A stretch of 64,000 nt of DNA, taken from NCBI GenBank assembly GCA_963771275.1, contig CAVYSW010000010.1, positions 320,001-384,000 on the forward strand, given 5' to 3'. Source of the stretch: an uncultured Gemmatimonadales bacterium (GTDB lineage: Bacteria; Gemmatimonadota; Gemmatimonadetes; Gemmatimonadales; GWC2-71-9). The translations under genes were made by a program, and so were the position numbers. The notes under the pieces are model-generated. The model ran no database searches, was not told where the DNA came from, and saw nothing but the letters and a program-made list of their open reading frames with translations. Shown in pieces: positions 10,558 to 19,249 of this stretch (position 1 is the stretch's first letter; every line of letters begins with the position of its first letter).

Positions 10558-13281
10558 GTGAGCGAGATCCCCTCGCGCCTCGCCAGCGCCCTCGCCGACC
10601 GCTACCGCATCGACCGAGAGCTCGGCGCCGGCGGCATGGCCACGGTGTATCTCGCCCACGACGTGAAGCACGATCGCAAGGTCGCGCTCAAGGTGCTGAG
10701 GCCCGAGCTCGCCGCCGTGCTCGGCGCTGAGCGCTTCGTGGTCGAGATCAAGACCACTGCGGCGCTTCAGCACCCCCACATCCTGCCGCTGTACGACAGC
10801 GGCAGAGCGGCAGGAGGGGCAGGAGGGGTCGGGGGCGCGGGTGAGTTCCTCTTCTACGTCATGCCCTATGTCGAGGGGGAGACCCTACGCGAGAAGCTCA
10901 GTCGCGAGACGCAGCTGTCGATTGACGAGGCGGTCCGGATCACCACCGACGTGGCCGATGCCCTCGCCTATGCCCATCGGCACGGGGTGATTCACCGGGA
11001 TATCAAGCCCGAGAACATCCTGCTGCACGACGGCCGGCCGATGGTGGCCGACTTCGGGATCGCCCTGGCGGTGAGCGCCGCGGCGGGCGGGCGGATGACC
11101 GAAACCGGCCTCTCGCTCGGGACGCCGCACTACATGAGTCCCGAGCAGGCGACGGCCGAGAAGGACCTCACGGGGCGGTCCGATCTCTACTCGCTTGGCG
11201 CGGTGCTGTACGAGATGCTGACGGGGAACCCGCCGCACACGGGTGCCTCGGCGCAGCAGATCATCATGAAGATCGTGACGGAGGAGGCGGCACCCGTCAC
11301 GAACGCCCGCAAGTCGGTGCCGCCGCACGTGGCGGCCGCGGTGGCGAAGGTCCTCGAGAAGCTGCCGGCGGATCGGTTCGCGACCGCCCACGAGTTCGCC
11401 GAGGCGCTGCAGGGCAGGGGCGGCGTGCCGTCCCCGGGCTGGACCGCGGCCGGGCGCGCGGCGCAGGGCCGCCCGCCGGTGGCGGCCCGCTGGCGCGCCC
11501 GCCTGCGCGATCCGCTCGTCGCCGGGCCGTCCCTCGTGGCCGTGGCGGCGCTCGCGGCCGCGATCGGGCTCGCACGACGACCGGATGCACCCGCGCCCGT
11601 TCCCCCCATCCGGTTCGTCTTGGCCGCGACCGACAGCGCGAAGCCGGCGGACAACTTCCCGTGGCCGGCGGCGATCTCACCCGATGGCGGCACGGTCGTC
11701 TACTCCGTGGCGCAGGGCGCGGCCAGCTCGATGTTCTACGTGCTCCGGACCGACCAGTTGGAGGGACGTCCGATTCCGGGAACGGCGGATGCGTATCAAC
11801 CGTTCTTCTCGCCCGATGGCGCGTGGCTCGGATTCGAGCAGTCGGGCAAGGAGCGCAAGGTGCGGCTCGACGGCAGTGCGCCGGTGACGATTGTCGACGC
11901 CAGCGGCGCAAACGGCGCCGACTGGGGGGTCGGCGACGAGATCGTGCTTGGCGCCCAGGGTCGCTTCCATGGCCTGTCGCAGGTGAGCGCCGCCGGGGGT
12001 GAGGCGGTCGCGCTCACCCAGCCCGACACGGCGCACGGCGAAACCGATCATCTCTGGCCCATCGCCCTGCCCGATGGGAAGACGATCGCGTTCACGATCT
12101 GGTCGGGCAGTCTTGCCGCCGCTCGGCTTGGGCTCACTTCCCTCAATGACGGCGCGGTGGTGCCACTCGGCATCCCGGGGATCCGCCCGCTGACGGTGCT
12201 CGACGGCATGCTGCTCTACGTCCAGGCCGACGGAGCGGTGATGGCGGTCTCGCTGGATGGGCGCCGCAAGCGAACCAACGGGAGACCGATTCCCGTGCAC
12301 GATCCCATCCCGGTCGGGGCCGGCAACAACGGCAATTCCGGGATCTTCATCTCGCGTGGCGGGGCGATGGTGACGGCCCGCGGCGGCACGCGCGGTCGGC
12401 TGGTCTGGGTGTCGCGCGATGGGCGCGCGCAGCCGGTGCTGCCGCAGCCGCGCGGCTTCACGTTCCCGCGGCTCTCGCCCGACGAGCGCCGCATCGCGGT
12501 CGTGGTGTCGGAAGACCAGAAGAGCGATGTCTGGATCTACGATCTGACCCTCGCGACGTTCTCGCGGCTGACATCCGCCGAGACGGTGACGTCCGTGGAG
12601 TGGGGCGCGGACGGCTCGCGCGTGCTGTTCGCGGCGGTCGGGGAGGAGACGCGCGCCGCGGTCTGGTCGCAGCCGGCCTCCGGTGGATCGGCGGCCGAGA
12701 AGCTCTTCGAGCACGCGCTGCTGACGCCCGTGGCGACGATGTCGCCCGACGGCCAGTCGCTCCTCCTGCAATCCCTCAACGAATCCTCCTGGGACATCTT
12801 CCGCGTCCCGCTCGATTCGCAGCGCGTTGCGCGAAGCTACCTCGCGACGAAGGCGCAGGAGACGGCGCCGCGATTCTCCCCGGACGGCCACTGGGTGGCC
12901 TTCGAGTCGGACGAATCGGGCCGCACGGAAGTGTACGTCCGCTCATTCCCCGATCCGTCGTCGAAGGTGCAGATCTCGGTGGCTGGCGGGAGCAGGCCGG
13001 CGTGGTCCCCCGATGGTCAGCGGCTCTACTACCGATGGGGCTCCCTGTTGCTCGCGGCGAGAATCTCATTCACGCCGACGTTCACGCTGCTGGGGAGGGA
13101 CACCGTCCTCTCCAACGTGACCTTCCCGAGCCTCAACTATTCGGGGAACTACGAGGTGACGCGCGACGGCAGGCGGATTCTCGCGGTCGTGCCGGATCGG
13201 GACGACTACGGGCTGGTCGTGTCCCCCAACTGGATCACCGAGTTCCGCCGGCGCGTCGCCGAGAGCGGTGGGAGGCGGTAG
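10558..13281 (+). CDS. Ser/Thr protein kinase, TM, PD40 beta-propeller; K5
   Basis: GTG start (VSEIPSRLASALADRY) chosen by alignment with paralogs; full Hanks motifs. Confidence 0.93.
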   Translation: MSEIPSRLASALADRYRIDRELGAGGMATVYLAHDVKHDRKVALKVLRPELAAVLGAERFVVEIKTTAALQHPHILPLYDSGRAAGGAGGVGGAGEFLFYVMPYVEGETLREKLSRETQLSIDEAVRITTDVADALAYAHRHGVIHRDIKPENILLHDGRPMVADFGIALAVSAAAGGRMTETGLSLGTPHYMSPEQATAEKDLTGRSDLYSLGAVLYEMLTGNPPHTGASAQQIIMKIVTEEAAPVTNARKSVPPHVAAAVAKVLEKLPADRFATAHEFAEALQGRGGVPSPGWTAAGRAAQGRPPVAARWRARLRDPLVAGPSLVAVAALAAAIGLARRPDAPAPVPPIRFVLAATDSAKPADNFPWPAAISPDGGTVVYSVAQGAASSMFYVLRTDQLEGRPIPGTADAYQPFFSPDGAWLGFEQSGKERKVRLDGSAPVTIVDASGANGADWGVGDEIVLGAQGRFHGLSQVSAAGGEAVALTQPDTAHGETDHLWPIALPDGKTIAFTIWSGSLAAARLGLTSLNDGAVVPLGIPGIRPLTVLDGMLLYVQADGAVMAVSLDGRRKRTNGRPIPVHDPIPVGAGNNGNSGIFISRGGAMVTARGGTRGRLVWVSRDGRAQPVLPQPRGFTFPRLSPDERRIAVVVSEDQKSDVWIYDLTLATFSRLTSAETVTSVEWGADGSRVLFAAVGEETRAAVWSQPASGGSAAEKLFEHALLTPVATMSPDGQSLLLQSLNESSWDIFRVPLDSQRVARSYLATKAQETAPRFSPDGHWVAFESDESGRTEVYVRSFPDPSSKVQISVAGGSRPAWSPDGQRLYYRWGSLLLAARISFTPTFTLLGRDTVLSNVTFPSLNYSGNYEVTRDGRRILAVVPDRDDYGLVVSPNWITEFRRRVAESGGRR

Positions 13282-13328
13282 CGCATGGGTGGCTCTGCTC
13301 GCGAGATCACCATGACTCGGAGACTGGG

Positions 13329-14471
13329 ATGATACGACGTCGCTGGAGCCTCCCGATCGTGACGGTTGCCGTCCTGACCGCCTGTGCGCCTTCTTCGACC
13401 GGTGGCAACGCGCCGCCGCCCGCCACCCGCACCTACTACGTCGCCGCCGACGAGGTGGACTGGGACTACGCGGCCGGCGAGGATCGCAACCTGGTCACCG
13501 GCCAGCCGTACGACAGCGTCGCGCGGGTGTTCGTCGGGAGCGGGCCGACCGACATCGGCCGGGTGTATCGCAAGGCCGTGTACCGCGAGTACACCGACTC
13601 GACCTTCACCACGCTGAAGGCGCGCGCTCCGGCCTGGGAGCACCTCGGGATCCTCGGCCCGCTGCTGCGCGCCGTCGTGGGAGACACGTTGCGGATCGTG
13701 TTCTTGAACCGCGCCCGCTTCCCGGCCAGCGTGCATCCGCACGGCGTGTTCTACGCCAAGGACGCGGAGGGAGCGCCGTACGCCGACTCGACCGGCGGCG
13801 CCGACAAGGCCGACGACGGGGTGCCGACCGGCGGCACGCATGTCTACGTCTGGCCCGTTCCGGAGCGGGCCGGCCCCGGCCCCGGTGACCCGAGCTCCGT
13901 GATGTGGATGTATCACTCGCACGTCAACGACGAGCGCGACGTCGATGCCGGACTCGTCGGGCCGATCATCGTCACGGCGCGGCGGGCCGCCCGCGCCGAC
14001 GGCACGCCCAAGGACGTCGATCGCGAGCTCGTGGTCGCGTTCGCCGAGTTCGACGAGAACCAGAGCTGGTACCTCGCCGACAACGTCACGGCGCACGTCG
14101 GCGATCCCGCCAAGGTGAGGATCGTCAAGACGCCGTTCGGGGAGGACGCCCAGGAGCCCGGCGGGAGCGGCAACTTCAAGGAGTCAATGAACGGCTACCT
14201 GTTCGGTCACCTGCCCGGGCTGCGCATGCGGGTGGGCGAGCGGGTGCGCTGGTACCTGATGGCCACCACGGGCTTCGAGTTCCACGCGCCGCACTGGCAC
14301 GGCAACACCGTGCTGGTGAACGGCATGCGCACGGACGTGACCGCGCTGCTCCCCATGGGGATGCTCGCGGCCGACATGGTGCCCGACGATCCCGGCACGT
14401 GGCTGTTCCACTGTCACGTCGGTCCCCACCTCCAGGCGGGCATGGAGGCGCTCTACCATGTGGCGCCCTGA
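13329..14471 (+). CDS. Two-domain multicopper oxidase, probable lipoprotein
   Basis: Lipobox LTAC; HPHG, WMYHSH, HAPHWHG and HCHVGPHLQAGM copper motifs. Confidence 0.9.
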   Translation: MIRRRWSLPIVTVAVLTACAPSSTGGNAPPPATRTYYVAADEVDWDYAAGEDRNLVTGQPYDSVARVFVGSGPTDIGRVYRKAVYREYTDSTFTTLKARAPAWEHLGILGPLLRAVVGDTLRIVFLNRARFPASVHPHGVFYAKDAEGAPYADSTGGADKADDGVPTGGTHVYVWPVPERAGPGPGDPSSVMWMYHSHVNDERDVDAGLVGPIIVTARRAARADGTPKDVDRELVVAFAEFDENQSWYLADNVTAHVGDPAKVRIVKTPFGEDAQEPGGSGNFKESMNGYLFGHLPGLRMRVGERVRWYLMATTGFEFHAPHWHGNTVLVNGMRTDVTALLPMGMLAADMVPDDPGTWLFHCHVGPHLQAGMEALYHVAP

Positions 14472-14501
14472 GAAGCACGCTGCACGGCGCCAGGAGGAAC
14501 C

Positions 14502-15356
14502 ATGACCGCACCGCGCGCGCCCCAGGATGCGGACATCGACGTGTACGGGCTCACGCACGTCGGCAACGTCCGCAAGGAGAACCAGGATCACTTCCTGATC
14601 GCCGCCCTGCACAAGCAGATGGTGGTGCAGAGCACGAGCCTGCCGGCCGACGTCCCCCTGCCGGTGGATCCCGAGCGCCTGGCGTCGCTCGCCATGGTGG
14701 CGGACGGCGTGGGGAGCGGCGCGGGGGAGGAAGCGAGCCGCCTGGCGCTCCAGGCGGTGGCGCAGTACGTGGCGCAGAGCACTCAGACGTTCTACACGTC
14801 GGACGCGACCGAGCCCGCGGCGTTCGCGGAGCTGCTGTCTGACGCCGCGATGCGCTGCCACCAGAGCCTGCTCGAGCGCGCCGAGCAGGAGGGCCGGCCC
14901 GGCCGGTTCGCGACGACGCTCACGCTGTGGCTCGGCCTGTGGCCCCAGGCATACCTGCTGCAGGTCGGGGACAGCCGCTGCTACCTCTATCGGGACGGGC
15001 GCCTCACGCAGATCTCCCGCGACCAGACGATGGCGGAGGACCTGGTGGACCAGGGGGTGCTGACGCGCACCAATGCCTTCCGCACACGCTGGGCCCACGT
15101 GCTCTCAAGCGCGATCGGCGGGCAGCAGGCGGCCCCCGTCGTCACCCGGATCGTGCGCGACTGGGGGGCGATCGTGCTGCTGTGCAGCGACGGCCTCACG
15201 AAGCACGTGTCCGACGAGCGGATCACCGAGCGGCTCGCGGCGCTGACCAGCTCGCGGCAGGCGTGCGAGGCGCTGCTCCAGGACGCGCTCGATGACGGCG
15301 GGACCGACAACGTCACGGTCGTGATCGGTCGCACCGTGCCGCGGAGCGGTCCCTGA
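14502..15356 (+). CDS. PP2C-family Ser/Thr protein phosphatase
   Basis: GNVRKENQD, VADGVG, VGDSRCY, LCSDGL and DNVT motifs; AGGAGG RBS. Confidence 0.92.
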   Translation: MTAPRAPQDADIDVYGLTHVGNVRKENQDHFLIAALHKQMVVQSTSLPADVPLPVDPERLASLAMVADGVGSGAGEEASRLALQAVAQYVAQSTQTFYTSDATEPAAFAELLSDAAMRCHQSLLERAEQEGRPGRFATTLTLWLGLWPQAYLLQVGDSRCYLYRDGRLTQISRDQTMAEDLVDQGVLTRTNAFRTRWAHVLSSAIGGQQAAPVVTRIVRDWGAIVLLCSDGLTKHVSDERITERLAALTSSRQACEALLQDALDDGGTDNVTVVIGRTVPRSGP

Positions 15357-15393
15357 ATCCCACGTTCGTGCTGCGCTGACCACGGAGGAGATC

Positions 15394-15753
15394 ATGACGG
15401 TCCGACATGCAGACCAGGTCCCGGCTGAGCCCGTGCGGGCCGGCACCGGAACCACCCGTCAAGTCCTGATCGGTCCCGAGGAGGGGCCGCACTTCGCGCT
15501 GCGGCGCTTCATCATGCAGCCGGGCGGCGGCATGCCGGCGCACACCAATACGGTGGAGCACGAGCAGTACGTATTGCGCGGCCACGCCACCATCGGCATC
15601 GGCGCGGACGTGATCGAGGTCCACGCCGGCCACGTCGTGTTCATCCCGGCCGGCACGCCGCACTGGTACCGCGCGCATGGGACGGAGCCGTTCGAATTCT
15701 TGTGCGTCGTACCGAACCAGACGGACACGATCGACATCCTGAAGCGGTCCTGA
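15394..15753 (+). CDS. Cupin domain protein
   Basis: PGGGMPAHTNTVEHEQYVLRG and IPAGTPHWY cupin motifs; GGAGG RBS. Confidence 0.88.
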   Translation: MTVRHADQVPAEPVRAGTGTTRQVLIGPEEGPHFALRRFIMQPGGGMPAHTNTVEHEQYVLRGHATIGIGADVIEVHAGHVVFIPAGTPHWYRAHGTEPFEFLCVVPNQTDTIDILKRS

Positions 15754-15822
15754 CCGCGCGCCTTCAGGTTGGCGGTGGGCTGCACCAACGCCGAGATTGT
15801 ACTGTCTCGAGAGGAGCCGGCA

Positions 15823-16167
15823 ATGATCCAGATCCAGGTGGTCCCGCGGGCGGGCGTGGATGCCTTCGTCCTGCTCCGCGCCAAGGTCCTGCACGAGGCC
15901 ACGACGTGGTACTGGAGCAACAAGGCGCACACCCGGTTGCGGCACCTGCAGTCGGCCGGGCATATCGACGTGGCCAACGCGGGCGGCGTGCTCGTGGCGC
16001 GCGTGAGGCCGAAGGATGCGCGCGACATCTTCTACCTGGCGGAGAAGTTCATGGGCCGCCTGGTCGCCTGGTTCGAGGCGGAGCTGGCAGCCATCCACCT
16101 GCAGTTCCTCGACGAGGCGGCGCCACCCAAGCGGCGCAAGCGGGCGACGACGAAGCGGCGTCGCTGA
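15823..16167 (+). CDS. Hypothetical protein with basic C-terminal tail
   Basis: GAGGAG RBS before ATG; typical GC-rich codon usage; no family recognised. Confidence 0.7.
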   Translation: MIQIQVVPRAGVDAFVLLRAKVLHEATTWYWSNKAHTRLRHLQSAGHIDVANAGGVLVARVRPKDARDIFYLAEKFMGRLVAWFEAELAAIHLQFLDEAAPPKRRKRATTKRRR

Positions 16168-16182
16168 GCCGCGCGCTCCGCG

Positions 16183-17469
16183 CTACACGGCCTTGCGGAA
16201 CTGCTCCTCTTCGGTGGAGCCGTGCATCGCGAGCACCGACGAATGGCCCTGCGTCACCGTCTCCGTCACGGCGTCGAAGTAGCCGGCGCCCACGAACTGC
16301 TGGTGCTGGACCGCCTCGTACCCTGCGGCCTCGGCCGTGAACTCCCGCTCCTGCAGCGCCGCGTAAGCCGCCATGCCCCGCTCGCGGTACTGCGTCGCCA
16401 GGTCGAACATCGCGTAGTTGATCGCGTGGAAGCCGGACAGGGTGACGAACTGGAACCGGTAGCCCAGCCGTCCCAGGTCGTCCTGGAAGCTCGCGATCTG
16501 CGCGGTCGACAGGTTCCGCTTCCAGTTGAAGGACGGTGAGCAGTTGTAAGCGAGCAGCTTGCCCGGGAAGTCCGCGTGGATCGCCTCGCTGAACTGCCGC
16601 GCCTCCGCGAAATCCGGCCTCGAGGTCTCGAACCACAGCACGTCGGCGTACGGGGCGTACGCCAGCGCCCGCGCGATCGCCTGCGCGATGCCGCTCCGCA
16701 CGCAGGCGAAGCCCTCGGGCGTGCGCTCGCCGGTGACGAACGGGCGGTCGTACGGGTCGATGTCGTTGGCGAGGATCGTGGCGCTCAGCGCGTCGGTCCG
16801 GGCGATCAGGATCGTGTCCACGCCGCACACGTCGGCAGCGAGCCGTGCGGCCACGAGCTTGTTGATGAACTCGCTCGTCGGCACCAGCACCTTGCCGCCC
16901 AGGTGGCCGCATTTCTTGAGCGAGGCGAGCTGGTCCTCGAGATGCACGCCGGCCGCCCCGGCCTCGATCAGGTGCTTCATCAGCTCGAAGGCATTGAGCA
17001 GGCCGCCGAACCCCGCCTCCGCGTCGGCCACGATCGGAACCAGCCAGTCCACGCCGGCGTCGCCGCGCTGGTGGTGAATCTGGTCCGCGCGGCGCAGGGC
17101 GTTGTTGAGCCGCCGCACGAGCGCGGGGACGCTGTCGGCCGGATACAGGCTCTGGTCCGGATAGACCTCGCCGGCGGTGTTCATGTCCCCGGCGACCTGC
17201 CAGCCCGAGAGGTAGATCGCTTCGAGGCCGGCCCGCACCTGTTGAATGGCCTGGTTGCCCGTGACGGCGCTCAGCACCGCGGTCGGCGCCTCGCGCTGCA
17301 TCAGCTCCCACAGGCGCGCGGCCCCCCGCCGGGCCAGCGAGTGCTCGATGTCGACCGATCCGCGCAGCCGCCACACCGCCTCCGCGGAATAGGGCCGCGT
17401 GATGCCGCGCCACCGGGCGTCCGTCCGCCAGCGGCGCTCGCGGTCGGCGAGAAAGGTCTGCTTGTTCAT
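16183..17469 (-). CDS. aceA: Isocitrate lyase
   Basis: [24 protein letters not shown] and YNCSPSFNW signatures. Confidence 0.97.
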   Translation of the reverse strand: MNKQTFLADRERRWRTDARWRGITRPYSAEAVWRLRGSVDIEHSLARRGAARLWELMQREAPTAVLSAVTGNQAIQQVRAGLEAIYLSGWQVAGDMNTAGEVYPDQSLYPADSVPALVRRLNNALRRADQIHHQRGDAGVDWLVPIVADAEAGFGGLLNAFELMKHLIEAGAAGVHLEDQLASLKKCGHLGGKVLVPTSEFINKLVAARLAADVCGVDTILIARTDALSATILANDIDPYDRPFVTGERTPEGFACVRSGIAQAIARALAYAPYADVLWFETSRPDFAEARQFSEAIHADFPGKLLAYNCSPSFNWKRNLSTAQIASFQDDLGRLGYRFQFVTLSGFHAINYAMFDLATQYRERGMAAYAALQEREFTAEAAGYEAVQHQQFVGAGYFDAVTETVTQGHSSVLAMHGSTEEEQFRKAV

Positions 17470-17494
17470 GGTCGTCGTTCCTGTGGGGATGGAG

Positions 17495-19096
17495 TCAGTC
17501 GATGTGGTCGTAGGCGATCGTCGTGAGCCATTCGGGGCAGGCGTCCGCCGTCATCAGGCGCTCGAACAGCTCCGCCCCAAGCGGGAACCGCGTATCGGCA
17601 TAGCCGGCGCTCAGCTCGCGGCGCAGCGCGGCGAGCACGTCCTGGACGGTCGCGGCGACGAGCGCGGCGTCCACCGTGCGTCCGTCCGTCAGGCGCACGC
17701 CGTGCCGCACCCACTGCCAGACCTGCGTCCGGGAGATCTCGGCCGTCGCGGCGTCTTCCATCAGGTTGTAGATCGGCACGCAGCCGGTACCCCGCAGCCA
17801 TGCCTCGAGGTAGCGCACCCCCACGTCCACGTTGTGCCGCAACCCCTCCGCGGTGATCGTGCCGTCGGGGACGGTCAGCAGGTCTCGCGCCGTTACCCGC
17901 ACCTCGTCCCGGAGGCGGTCGATCTGGTTGGGCGCCGGCATGCCGTCGTCGAAGATCGCGCGGGCGACGGGCACCAGCGCCGGATGCGCGACCCAGGTGC
18001 CGTCATGTCCGGCGCGCACCTCCCGCAGCTTGTCCTGGCGCACCTTCTCGAGCGCCCGCGCGCTGGCCTCGGGGTCGTCCCGGATCGGGATCTGCGCCGC
18101 CATCCCTCCCATCGCGTGGATGCCGCGCCGGTGGCAGGTGCGGATCAGCAGGTCGACGTAGGACTTGAGGAAGTGCCGGTCCATCGTCACCTGCCCGCGA
18201 TCCGGCAGGACGAAATCGGCACGATCGGCGAACGTCTTGATGAATGAGAAGATGTAGTCCCACCGCCCGCAGTTGAGGCCGGCGGAATGCTCCCGGAGCT
18301 CCCAGAGGATCTCGTCCATCTGGAATGCGGTCAGGATGTTCTCGATCAGCACGGTTGCCCGGATCGATCCCTGCGGGATCCCCAGCGCGTCCTGCGCGAA
18401 GCGGAACACGTCGTTCCACAGCCGTGCCTCGAGGTAGTGCTCGAGCTTGGGGAGGTAGAAATACGGCCCCGTGCCCCGCGCGAGCTGCTCCTGGGCGTTG
18501 TGGAAGAAGAACAGCCCGAAGTCGAACAGGCCGCCGGCGACGGGGGCGCCGTCGACGTGGCAGTGCCGCTCGACGAGATGCCAGCCGCGTGGCCGCACGA
18601 ACAGCACCGCCGTGCTGGGGTTCAGGCTGTACGCCTTGCCCTCGGGGCTGGTGAACGCGATCGTGCGGCGGACGGCGTCGCGCAGGTTGACCTGCCCGTC
18701 CAGGTTGTTGGCCCAGGTCGGGCTGTTCGAGTCCTCGAAGTCCGCCATGTAGACCGATGCGCCCGAGTTGAGCGCGTTGATGATCATCTTGCGGTCGACG
18801 GGCCCGGTGATCTCGACCCGGCGATCCTGCAGATCGTCGGGAATCGGCGCGACCGTCCAGTCGCGGCGCCGGATCTCGACCGTCTCGGGCGGGAAGACGG
18901 GCAGGGCACCGGACCGGAGGCGGGCGCGGATGTCCGCCCGCGCGGCAAGCAGCCCGCGGCGGCGCGGCTCGAATCGGCGATGCAGCTCGGCGACGAAGCC
19001 GAGCGCGTCGGGCGAGAGCAGGTCGGCGTGAAGGCCCTCCGGCGGGCGGACGAGACGCACGCCAGCCGGACGGGTCGAGACATGTGGCTGGGACAC
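17495..19096 (-). CDS. aceB: Malate synthase A
   Basis: [26 protein letters not shown] and [15 protein letters not shown] start after GGAG. Confidence 0.96.
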   Translation of the reverse strand: MSQPHVSTRPAGVRLVRPPEGLHADLLSPDALGFVAELHRRFEPRRRGLLAARADIRARLRSGALPVFPPETVEIRRRDWTVAPIPDDLQDRRVEITGPVDRKMIINALNSGASVYMADFEDSNSPTWANNLDGQVNLRDAVRRTIAFTSPEGKAYSLNPSTAVLFVRPRGWHLVERHCHVDGAPVAGGLFDFGLFFFHNAQEQLARGTGPYFYLPKLEHYLEARLWNDVFRFAQDALGIPQGSIRATVLIENILTAFQMDEILWELREHSAGLNCGRWDYIFSFIKTFADRADFVLPDRGQVTMDRHFLKSYVDLLIRTCHRRGIHAMGGMAAQIPIRDDPEASARALEKVRQDKLREVRAGHDGTWVAHPALVPVARAIFDDGMPAPNQIDRLRDEVRVTARDLLTVPDGTITAEGLRHNVDVGVRYLEAWLRGTGCVPIYNLMEDAATAEISRTQVWQWVRHGVRLTDGRTVDAALVAATVQDVLAALRRELSAGYADTRFPLGAELFERLMTADACPEWLTTIAYDHID

Positions 19097-19249
19097 TGGC
19101 TCGCTCCGGTTGTCTATGGTGCTGATACCCCGCCAGCTGGCGCATGGAGCGTGCCGGGGGATCTCGTGGCGATGCCGCGACAGCGCGAGCACGTCGGCGC
19201 GGACTTTGCCCGCTCGACGGTACCGGTTCCCCGAGATGTGGACGAGATC

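Noticed and set aside
932..12891. Long minus-strand ORFs opposite the kinases (932-3358, 3653-5659, 7572-8759, 11677-12891)
   Set aside because: Antisense shadows of GC-rich genes; no motifs, and they overlap confident genes
12600..13328. N-terminal extension of the multicopper oxidase ORF
   Set aside because: It overlaps K5 in another frame; the lipoprotein signal begins at 13329
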